A stretch of DNA of 64,000 nucleotides. Source: Thermoproteota archaeon. Lineage in GTDB: Archaea; Korarchaeota; JAOZGF01; JAOZFZ01. The DNA lies in contig JAOZFT010000035.1 in the NCBI GenBank assembly GCA_027492035.1, positions 32,001-96,000 of the forward strand. Direction: 5' to 3'. The position numbers and the translations under genes were made by a program. Of the stretch, positions 1-8,463 are shown one piece after another (the stretch's first letter is position 1; each line of letters starts with the position of its first letter). Under the pieces are notes generated by a model that was not told the DNA's origin, made no database searches, and was given only the letters and a program-made list of their open reading frames with translations.

Positions 1-3
1 TAC

Positions 4-852
4 TTGAAAAGTTTGAAAAGCATGGAGAGAACAGCTTACGAAAGAGACATAATGTTGGCCCGTGTAACCCTGAAACTAAGGGGGCTTCTTGACAAAAAAA
101 TTTGGGAAACATCTAAAACTAAATCAAATCCTTACACGAGCTTAACATTAAAAAATTCTGAAATAACGAAAATAACTCAGGAAGAAACAGATAAAGCTAA
201 GGAGAAGGGGTTTCAGTTAAAACTTGCACTGAAGGTTTATCTTAAAGAACTGAAAAATTACTGCCCTGTTGATATAGAATTTAATAGAGTGATCTTAAGC
301 GCCACAACAGGTGAGAAGGAAGAAGATAAAGGAGCTGTACAAACAATCATACACACAAATTATTTATTGACTGATTCCTTGGGTAACACCTTTATAAAGG
401 AGAAGAGGGAAATTGACATAGTTCACCCCGTAAGAATTTACCTACTTTACAAAGTCAGCGAAGCACTTGAAAAAATAAATTTCACCCAACACCTCAATAA
501 ATCCTTCTTCATAAACAAAAACGGAACACTTACGCCGAAAGAAACAATTGTTGCAAATTTGGAAAAACAAATGGACGAAGAAATTTCCAATTGCCTCTTC
601 AAACTGCTCGGCTACAGGGAACTAGACGTCATTAAGTCTCAACTTAAACTAGAAATAAAAGTAAACAAGGAAGTTATAGTTGAAGTAAAGCCTCAGCCAA
701 GTAACCAATCAAAAAAATTATTTTCTATAACCCTTTACTTGGAAGGTTACGTTAAAGATGTAAAAACTGACTCCCTAATTTATATCAGAAACCGCCTGGA
801 AAAAGTCAAATACAGGTTTGAAAACCTAGAAAAGGTTTCATTTATTTTATAA
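4..852 (+). CDS. Hypothetical protein, probably 5'-truncated by the window edge; possibly a surface/pilus-associated component
   Basis: 282-aa ORF open from the window start; no catalytic motif; lies upstream of a secreted protein and a MinD-like ATPase. Confidence 0.55.
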   Translation: MKSLKSMERTAYERDIMLARVTLKLRGLLDKKIWETSKTKSNPYTSLTLKNSEITKITQEETDKAKEKGFQLKLALKVYLKELKNYCPVDIEFNRVILSATTGEKEEDKGAVQTIIHTNYLLTDSLGNTFIKEKREIDIVHPVRIYLLYKVSEALEKINFTQHLNKSFFINKNGTLTPKETIVANLEKQMDEEISNCLFKLLGYRELDVIKSQLKLEIKVNKEVIVEVKPQPSNQSKKLFSITLYLEGYVKDVKTDSLIYIRNRLEKVKYRFENLEKVSFIL

Positions 853-1050
853 AAGAGAAAAATTACTTATTTTTTGTCAGAAACACGTCTTAAACTTTCT
901 TTTAATAATTAAAATTTATTAAATTACCTTTTACTAAACTCTCCCCCCTCCCCCCTTTTTCTTGACTTATGAAACTAAAAAAGTAGAAGCAAAGCTTTTT
1001 TCCGCAACCAACTCTACTTTACTTTAATTGATGGTAAGAGGGGACTAGAA

Positions 1051-2757
1051 TTGTTAAGAAGGCCTCAAAAAATAATTCTTTTCTTGCTTGTACTTCTCCT
1101 TTCGTTCACCTCTTTTACGTTGTTAACAGCTTCCAAAACTGAACGATTTAAGACTCATGAATCTGTCGGCGGCCTTTCGTGGAGCGGTAGAACAGTTTAC
1201 GCCTACTGCAGAACTGGACCCCATAAAATAACCTTTTCACAACCTGTTTCAAAAAACACAGCGTATTCCAAGGCTTGCAGTTACTGCACAGGAACATTAA
1301 CAGTGAACATCCACGGCCAAAACTGTTGGTGGGACAATCAACAAAACAAGTATGTTTGTTCAGGAGCTTCCTGTGGAGAAGGAAGCGCACCTTTAAAACC
1401 TGCAACTGTACAGTACAGCTTCAACAATGAAGGTAAAGTTACAGAGGTAACTTTCTACTGTTTAGCAAACCTATACGTTACCGCAAGCAGTCATTGCTGC
1501 GGAAGCTTAACAGCAACGGCAACTTCACCATGTGGACACATGCAAAAAACAACATACATAAGCTGTCCAAAACCACCAAGCAGCGGCTCAAGTAACTCAG
1601 GCAGTTCAGGAAACTCTGCATCCAGTAACAATAATGAAGGCAGTTCAGGTAACTCAGGCAGTTCAGAAAATACTGGTTCCAGCAACCAAGGATCCAATGG
1701 GCAAGGTACTGCCTCAGGAAATTCCTCCATCAATTCAGGCAGTAGTTCAAGGTCCAAATCTTCACCTCACGCCTCTCTTGAAATTTCCAGCATTCCTCCT
1801 CTGAATTTAAGAGTTGGTGAAACTTTAAATTTTGAAGTTAAGGTTTCAAATACAGGAAATGACTACGCGACAAGTATTAGAGTTGTCTCTGAAGTTAATG
1901 GCGGTTTCAAACCTTCACATATGGAGAAAAAAATAAATTTGTTAGCTCCTAAGCAAATTAAATTGCTTAAGTTTTCCACACTAGCCATTAAAAATGGAAC
2001 CTACCGGTTTAAAATTATAGCTACTGCAAACAATGGTTTAAGTGCATGGACAGGTTTTACCGTGATTGTTGAAGGTGAAGAAACCAATTTAAGCCGTGAA
2101 AGAAATCAGTTAAATCCCTCCAATGAAAACTGCTGCCAAGAAACAGTTAACTTCCTTTTACCTGAAATTAAGGCTTGGTTAAGTAAGTCAATAGTTAAAC
2201 CTAAAGAATTAATTTATTGTTTCGCTGAAGTTAAGCCTGGAAGCTATCCAATAAGAAAGGTTACTTTTAACGATAAACAAATGACTGCTTTGCCAAGCAA
2301 CTTATGGAGAACCTTTATTTACGCCCCAGATAAACCTGGAATCTACAACTACTTAATTGAAGCATTCGACTCTAAAAACAATAAAGTAACAGCTGAAGTA
2401 GTTTTGAAAGTTACAGAAATAAAATCAAAAAAATTAACTAATACCTCTAATGTTGCATCTAGAGGTAATGAAACTTACCTAAAAATAAAGGTAAGTATCC
2501 AAGAGATAAAAGTTTTTCAACCAATTTTAACAAATTCCACATCTCGCTATGAAAAAAATTTAAACAGTGGAATGAAGCCTGAAGATGGTGTTGTTAACAG
2601 CTTTATTTACTTTCTACCCTTAGTGGTTGTTCCACTTCTGCTTATAATTCTTGCAAACAGAGAAAAAGCTGAGAAACACACTAAAATTAAACCAGCGTTC
2701 ATAAGGGAATATTTAACGATAGAAAAAAAGAAATCTAAAATAAAGAAAGCGTTTTAA
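1051..2757 (+). CDS. Membrane-anchored cell-surface protein: signal peptide, Cys-rich domain, Ser/Gly/Asn linker, CARDB/Ig-like domains, C-terminal TM helix
   Basis: Basic then hydrophobic N-terminus (RRPQKIILFLLVLLL); 11 Cys in about 120 aa; SSGNSGSS linker; CARDB-like VGETLNFEVKVSNTG; TM segment FIYFLPLVVVPLLLIILA followed by a Lys-rich tail. Confidence 0.75.
   Translation: MLRRPQKIILFLLVLLLSFTSFTLLTASKTERFKTHESVGGLSWSGRTVYAYCRTGPHKITFSQPVSKNTAYSKACSYCTGTLTVNIHGQNCWWDNQQNKYVCSGASCGEGSAPLKPATVQYSFNNEGKVTEVTFYCLANLYVTASSHCCGSLTATATSPCGHMQKTTYISCPKPPSSGSSNSGSSGNSASSNNNEGSSGNSGSSENTGSSNQGSNGQGTASGNSSINSGSSSRSKSSPHASLEISSIPPLNLRVGETLNFEVKVSNTGNDYATSIRVVSEVNGGFKPSHMEKKINLLAPKQIKLLKFSTLAIKNGTYRFKIIATANNGLSAWTGFTVIVEGEETNLSRERNQLNPSNENCCQETVNFLLPEIKAWLSKSIVKPKELIYCFAEVKPGSYPIRKVTFNDKQMTALPSNLWRTFIYAPDKPGIYNYLIEAFDSKNNKVTAEVVLKVTEIKSKKLTNTSNVASRGNETYLKIKVSIQEIKVFQPILTNSTSRYEKNLNSGMKPEDGVVNSFIYFLPLVVVPLLLIILANREKAEKHTKIKPAFIREYLTIEKKKSKIKKAF
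1580..1760 (+). repeat. Low-complexity coding repeat (ggcagttcag units) encoding the S/G/N linker
   Basis: ggcagttcag(g/a) occurs three times, with aactcagg variants. Confidence 0.6.
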
Positions 2758-2791
2758 CAAACTTACTACTTCCATTTTTAAAAAAGGGTGC

Positions 2792-3760
2792 ATGGGAATG
2801 ATGAGTATAGGATTCGCTAATTTCCGTGGAGGAGTGGGTAAAACAACAATCGCTTTCTCTACAATTCTTTCAATGGCTCAGCTAAAACCAGCTGAGAAGG
2901 AGAAAAAATACATTTTTGTTGAAGCTGATTTCGGAAGCAACGCTGCAACACGGATATGGGACCCAAATTTTGAAATGGAAAAATTCCGGACGTTAAGCGA
3001 TTACTTAAAAGGTAAGTGTGAAGTTGACGAAATAGCCTATGTAAGTGATAGATACCCTATTTACAGAGAAATAGCCTTCATACCTTCAGGCAAACTAAAT
3101 ATTGAAGAAACAAGTTCAATCAAAGAAACAAATAACCTCTTAAACAAGATGAGAGAATTAAAAGAGTTTCTTGCCTCCAGAGCTGAAAAAGTAGTAATTG
3201 ACTACCCTGGCGGGGGAGGTTTAAACCATTTAGAGAACTACTTCCTTTTGTTCACTGTCACAGATGAAATAGTGCCTGTGATTCAACCTGATCCCCCAAG
3301 TATAGAAGCAGCAGATAAACTCATAAATTTCGCCCTCCTCAGCGGAGTTAAATACAGAATGGTTGTTGTTAACAAATACAGTAAAAAATTTAAGAAATTA
3401 CTTAAAGTATCTGAAGAAAAACTGGCTGTAAATGGGCAAGAAATCAAAATATTTACGGTAAACAAAGATGAGCAGGTGCCGCTTCATTGGAGTAAATTAA
3501 AACCAGTAGTTGTTAAGAAAAACCGCGTCAGAAAAGACATTGAAAAAATAGCGGCCTTTCTTCTAGATTTAGAAAATGGAACTGAAACAAAAAGCCAAGA
3601 GCAAACTGTTGAGTCTTCCCTTAAGCTAAAAACTAACAAGTTGAAAAAGATTTTTTATATCCTGAAAAACAAAGCAATTTTCTTAGGTAGGGAAAAAAGA
3701 AGTAAAGAAGAAATTTTCAAGGAATTAGAGGCTTGGCTTGAAGAAAACGAAACTGCATGA
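2792..3760 (+). CDS. MinD/ParA-family ATPase with variant Walker A
   Basis: FRGGVGKTT (deviant Walker A), VEADFG, Walker B VIDYPGG, VVVNK. Confidence 0.8.
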   Translation: MGMMSIGFANFRGGVGKTTIAFSTILSMAQLKPAEKEKKYIFVEADFGSNAATRIWDPNFEMEKFRTLSDYLKGKCEVDEIAYVSDRYPIYREIAFIPSGKLNIEETSSIKETNNLLNKMRELKEFLASRAEKVVIDYPGGGGLNHLENYFLLFTVTDEIVPVIQPDPPSIEAADKLINFALLSGVKYRMVVVNKYSKKFKKLLKVSEEKLAVNGQEIKIFTVNKDEQVPLHWSKLKPVVVKKNRVRKDIEKIAAFLLDLENGTETKSQEQTVESSLKLKTNKLKKIFYILKNKAIFLGREKRSKEEIFKELEAWLEENETA

Positions 3761-3803
3761 AAAATACTTTGTTTTCACAAAAGGCTAAAGGCTTGAGGTA
3801 GAA

Positions 3804-4523
3804 ATGAATAAAACATTTATTTTTTTTCAGCCTTTAGCCTTCTTCGTGGGTGTTGCGGCGAATTTATTTATTGAAAACATATCTTTTAACCACTTCTATT
3901 TCTACCTCACAGGAACAGGGGCAGTTACATCGTTACTACTTTCCTCTTTCTTAAACGCATCCCTTTTCCTTTTACTAGGGTACTTAAACCTGGCTGCACC
4001 CACCACATTTACTGTGTTCATTAATGGGCTTTACTTCGGGGAAACCCTAAGAAAAATAGGCAACCCTACCTTACTTTTAGTTTTCATCCCTACAAAGGAG
4101 TTAGTTAAGGAGGTAATCCCTGGTTTAACTGCTTTCCTAAATGTTTTTGCAGGGCTTCAAATTTTTAAACTGGGAAGCGAAATAAGAAAAAGAAATTCCT
4201 CTTTGGCCTTAAACACTGTAAAATTTTCAGTTCTACAATTTATTTCCTTAATTCCATTCATTACCCTAAGTTTTTTAGAAAATAATGGCATTCCAGCCTT
4301 TGAATGGGTTTTTGAATTAAAAACCAGCATCTCCAACCCATACTTCACCCTCCTTTTCTTTCTTTCAGGTTTCGAGTTCCTATTAAAACGATTGATTAAC
4401 TGGAGGACAAGGAAGTTTCAAGTTTATGTAGGGGAGAGTGTGAAGGATATAAAAACAGTAAAGGATAGAGAAAAAGAAGCTGTAAAAGAAATACTTTTCC
4501 TTCTAGAGGAAGAAAAAAATTAA
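3804..4523 (+). CDS. Multi-pass membrane protein, SpoIIM/DUF95-like
   Basis: Several hydrophobic helices; FINGLYFG, AGL and SFLE spacing resembles SpoIIM; the PHG motif is not conserved. Confidence 0.5.
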   Translation: MNKTFIFFQPLAFFVGVAANLFIENISFNHFYFYLTGTGAVTSLLLSSFLNASLFLLLGYLNLAAPTTFTVFINGLYFGETLRKIGNPTLLLVFIPTKELVKEVIPGLTAFLNVFAGLQIFKLGSEIRKRNSSLALNTVKFSVLQFISLIPFITLSFLENNGIPAFEWVFELKTSISNPYFTLLFFLSGFEFLLKRLINWRTRKFQVYVGESVKDIKTVKDREKEAVKEILFLLEEEKN

Positions 4524-4897
4524 ACAGTCTCTTTAATTAACTTTTCACCTTTCCTGTCGTAAACATGGACGTCTTCAACTGAAAGAAAGGGGTAAGTTAA
4601 GATGACTATGACAAAGCCGTATGCATTGTTTAAATCAGCCACTGAGGGGTTAGGGTTGCCTGAAGGATGGGAATGTACAGAACCAATAATTGACGCATCC
4701 ATTGGGATAAGGTAAGGGTTAAAACCTGCTGAAGCAAAACCTTGAAAAAACATGGGAGGAACAACGAATTCGTTCACAAAAATTTCTTTCTTCTTAACTT
4801 TACCCCTAAGTAAAAGAATCATCTCTTTTGGGAAAGATTTCCTTGCAGCTTCTAAAAGCTCTTTCAACAACTTCTTATCAAATAATACCTTTTTCAC
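4520..4897 (-). CDS. JAB1/MPN/Mov34 (JAMM) metalloprotease
   Basis: FPKE...GSVHSHPSGNPNPSVADL matches E...HxH-x7-S-x2-D. Confidence 0.88.
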   Translation of the reverse strand: MKKVLFDKKLLKELLEAARKSFPKEMILLLRGKVKKKEIFVNEFVVPPMFFQGFASAGFNPYLIPMDASIIGSVHSHPSGNPNPSVADLNNAYGFVIVILTYPFLSVEDVHVYDRKGEKLIKETV

Positions 4898-5036
4898 GGC
4901 TACCTACCCTTCTCTCTTAATCTTACAACGAAAAAAGAGAGTTTAAGGGAATTGAAGGAGAAATAAAGAAAAAAACCTTTAAAAACAATACAGAATGATG
5001 AAAAATAAAAAGAACCAATTTTAAAAAGGTAAAGAA

Positions 5037-5735
5037 ATGAACCCCTACAATTTAACTTTAACACAAATCCTTTTAACCTTAACAGGCTTATTTATAGGTT
5101 TAACTTCCTGGTGGAGCCTAACCAAAAAATATAAAGAAACCTGGATTACACCACGCTACCACCTCCTCTCCCCCTTAATAATTGCCATCTCCTTTCCCTC
5201 AATAATCCTTTCAGGTTCCCAACGCAGCATATTAGGTACGTACATCTTCTACTCTCTAATGTTAATAACTCCATTCGTTGACAAAATAATTACGAAAAGA
5301 AACTGGAAAGAGTACGGGTTCAAAAAAGACAGCCTCCCTTCAGACCTCTTGTTAGGCCTGGGGTTCGGATTAGCGGGGTTAGTAGGTGCTCTATTTAAAG
5401 AACCCTCCTGGACAATAACAAAGGAATTTATCCTTTACAACATGTTCTTCTTTATTCCAGCTGAAGAAATATACTTCAGAGGATTTATTCAACCAGTCAC
5501 CCAATCTAAACTCAATAAAAACTTGTCAAACCTAATCCAAGCAACACTTTTCTCTTTAGCATTCTATGCCTGGGGCTACAACTTGAAAAAAACATTCTTG
5601 GTTTTTGCGGCAGGGGTAATTGAAGGTGAAATATATAACAAAACACACTCCGTTTTCTGCACCTATGTTACACAAACAGCAGGTGATATTTTGCCCTCCG
5701 TAATAATTTATAACATCTTGAAAGTAAACCTTTAA
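5037..5735 (+). CDS. CPBP/Abi (CAAX protease-like) membrane protein with degenerate His motifs
   Basis: EEIYFRG motif 1 present; FxxxH appears as FSLAF and HxxxN/D as QTAGD; multiple TM helices. Confidence 0.7.
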   Translation: MNPYNLTLTQILLTLTGLFIGLTSWWSLTKKYKETWITPRYHLLSPLIIAISFPSIILSGSQRSILGTYIFYSLMLITPFVDKIITKRNWKEYGFKKDSLPSDLLLGLGFGLAGLVGALFKEPSWTITKEFILYNMFFFIPAEEIYFRGFIQPVTQSKLNKNLSNLIQATLFSLAFYAWGYNLKKTFLVFAAGVIEGEIYNKTHSVFCTYVTQTAGDILPSVIIYNILKVNL

Positions 5736-5887
5736 CCACTCCCTCTCTTAAAAACTAGAAATTAAAATAAAAACTAAAGAGATTTACACCGAGTTCTCTC
5801 TTATTCGAAAATTGTTCTTCAAATAAACAAAAGTTAAAAAAATAAATTTTAAACCAAAATATAAGAACCCTTTTAAAGGAGGTTTCT

Positions 5888-6820
5888 ATGAAAGAAGTAA
5901 TTGAAGCCCTAGAGAAAATAGGTATTCCAGGCAAGGACTTATATGAACTCCCAACATCCAAAAAAAAATTTCCAGATGGTTGCAACTGGAGAATTGAAAT
6001 CTCAGGTGTTGAAAGGCCATCAGTGCTAGAAACAGTTGTTAAAGAAGCAGAGGAAAGAAACATCCCAGTTCATAGGTTGATAAGTACCGTAATGGGTTCA
6101 ACCCTACTTTCCAAGGAAGAACTTAAAAAATTTGCGGAAAAAGCTGCTGAAGCAGAGGTTGAAGTCATATTGACACCTGGTCCAAGAACTTCTTGGGATA
6201 TTGGGAGACAATTAGTCACCCCTGAAGGCGCATACTCCGGTTTAAGATACCGGGGATCTGATCAATTAACCTACGTGGTAGCTGACATAAAAAGGGGTAT
6301 AGAGATAGGCTTCAGAGGATTCCTCATAGTGGATGAAGGCTTACTCTGGGTTGTTAATGAACTTAGAAAAACCGGGGAAATACCGAAAGACACAAAGTTT
6401 AAAGTTTCAATTTATGCTGGTCATGCTAATCCTGCAGGTGCTAAAGTACTCGAAAAACTTGGTGCAGACACATTTAACCCGGTGGGAGACCTAACATTAC
6501 CAATGATTGCCGCTATAAGAAAAGCAGTAGACATACCCTTAGATCTACACGTTTACCTTTTTGACTCCTTCGGCGGATTCAACAGATTCTATGAATGCCC
6601 AGAATTCGCAAGAATAGCATCTCCATGCTACTTTAAAATAGAGCCAGGAAGCTCAGTTACAAACCTCTACAAACCATGGACAGACCCAAAACTTCTAAAC
6701 TTTCTTGCAAAAGAAAAAGTGAAATACGCAGAAATAATTAAGGAATTAGTAGAGACACATTACCCAGAAGCTAAACTTTCTAAGCAAGGGGCGAAAGATC
6801 TAGCTATACCACAACCATAA
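5888..6820 (+). CDS. Conserved TIM-barrel protein of the 'U32 peptidase-like' uncharacterised family
   Basis: DLYELPTSKKKFPDG-x3-RIEI, GFRGFLIVDEGLLW, GHANPA and PCYFK segments typical of this family. Confidence 0.6.
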   Translation: MKEVIEALEKIGIPGKDLYELPTSKKKFPDGCNWRIEISGVERPSVLETVVKEAEERNIPVHRLISTVMGSTLLSKEELKKFAEKAAEAEVEVILTPGPRTSWDIGRQLVTPEGAYSGLRYRGSDQLTYVVADIKRGIEIGFRGFLIVDEGLLWVVNELRKTGEIPKDTKFKVSIYAGHANPAGAKVLEKLGADTFNPVGDLTLPMIAAIRKAVDIPLDLHVYLFDSFGGFNRFYECPEFARIASPCYFKIEPGSSVTNLYKPWTDPKLLNFLAKEKVKYAEIIKELVETHYPEAKLSKQGAKDLAIPQP

Positions 6821-6866
6821 CCCCTCCCTATTTTTCTTTTAAAAAAGGAAACTTTGGCGGTAAAAA

Positions 6867-8282
6867 GTGGCGAAAACAAAATACACTCTTCAAGACATAC
6901 TTTTTCCAAAAACAGTTGCGGTAATAGGTGCTTCAAGAAACCTTTCAAAAGCAGGCACAATTATTCTAAAAAACCTTTTGAATCACGGTTTTAAAGGTAA
7001 AATCTACCCTGTTAATCCTAAAGCAGAAGAAATACTTGGGTTAAAAACTTACAAAGAAATCGGGGAGATACCCGAAAAAGTTGATGTGGCAGTTGTGGCT
7101 GTTAAAGCTGAAAAAGTGCCCAAAATAATGGAGGAATGTGTCAAAAAAGGTGTTAAGGGCACAGTAATAATTTCTTCAGGTTTCGCTGAAGAAGGAAGAA
7201 AAGATTTAGAAGAAGAAATACTGAAGATAGCTAAAAGGAAAGGGTTAAGGATAATAGGGCCCAACACAACAGGGGTCTATAACACAGAAAATAACTTCAT
7301 AACCTCTTTTGTACAGTTAATCAAGTCTGGAAAAGGAGACATAGCGTTCATTGCTCAAACAGGTCTGTTCCTAGGTTTTCAACTGGAACACTTATTAACC
7401 CATGAAAAACTAAAACTAAGCAAAGTAATTGGTTTAGGAAATAAATGCGACATAGATGATGCTGAAGCCTTAAATTACTTAAGAAAAGATAAACAAACAA
7501 AGGTTGTGGCAATTTACTTAGAAGGATTAAAAGACGGCAGAAAATTTCTTGAAGAAGCAAAAAAAACCTCAGCTTCAAAACCAATCATAATACTTAAATC
7601 AGGAATTACTCCAGAAGGTTCAAAAGTAGCTCTTTCACATACAGGGTCACTTACAGGTAAAAAGGAAGTATTTAATGCTGCTTGCAAACAAGCTGGTTTA
7701 ATTCAAGTAAAAACATTCACAGAAATGACAACTTTATTGAAATCCTTTTCAAAACTTCCGCTTCCGAAAGGAAACAAACTTGCGGTCATGAGTGTAACAG
7801 GTGCGGGGTGTGTGTTAGCCGCAGATTATGTCTCCTCAACAAACCTAAAAATAACTCCTCTATCCAAAAAAACAGTTACTCACCTACAATCCAAATCACC
7901 TAATTGGCACAAAGTAAAAAATCCTGTTGACATGTGGCCGATCCTGGAAAAAATAGGCATAGAAGAGGGATACAAGGAAATTCTATACTCTCTCTACAGA
8001 GATAAAAAAGTAGATAACATACTCATCGTCTTTGGGGACATGAAAAAACTAGAAGCCTCAATAAGTAATGTTAAGCCCCCATGGAAAAACAAACCAAAGA
8101 AACCTATAGTGGCTACATTAACAGGTTACAGAAGCAAAGTCGAAAGAACTAAAGAAGAACTTGAGAAACAAGGGATACCGGTTTACCATGACATAAGGGA
8201 CTCTGTTTTCGCCCTCTCCAAACTTTATCAATACAAGAAATATAAAGAAAAAAATAAAGAATCAGCAAAGAGGGAAAAGTAA
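6867..8282 (+). CDS. acdA: Acyl/acetate-CoA ligase (ADP-forming), alpha subunit
   Basis: CoA-binding VAVIGAS...YPVNP, IIGPN, GNKCDI, phospho-His SHTGSL, NPVD. Confidence 0.85.
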   Translation: MAKTKYTLQDILFPKTVAVIGASRNLSKAGTIILKNLLNHGFKGKIYPVNPKAEEILGLKTYKEIGEIPEKVDVAVVAVKAEKVPKIMEECVKKGVKGTVIISSGFAEEGRKDLEEEILKIAKRKGLRIIGPNTTGVYNTENNFITSFVQLIKSGKGDIAFIAQTGLFLGFQLEHLLTHEKLKLSKVIGLGNKCDIDDAEALNYLRKDKQTKVVAIYLEGLKDGRKFLEEAKKTSASKPIIILKSGITPEGSKVALSHTGSLTGKKEVFNAACKQAGLIQVKTFTEMTTLLKSFSKLPLPKGNKLAVMSVTGAGCVLAADYVSSTNLKITPLSKKTVTHLQSKSPNWHKVKNPVDMWPILEKIGIEEGYKEILYSLYRDKKVDNILIVFGDMKKLEASISNVKPPWKNKPKKPIVATLTGYRSKVERTKEELEKQGIPVYHDIRDSVFALSKLYQYKKYKEKNKESAKREK

Positions 8283-8463
8283 AATTCGCATCTCTAACGA
8301 ATTATAATTTTTCCCAAAGAAATCACTTTATTTTTAGTAAAAAATACCTATTTAAACATTACAGTCATAATACATAAATAAATTTATAAATGCGAAAAGT
8401 ATTTTATTTCTTAAATTTCCCCAGTTTTCAACTGTTCAATTCCTGGAAAGGGAAGGATCTCTA

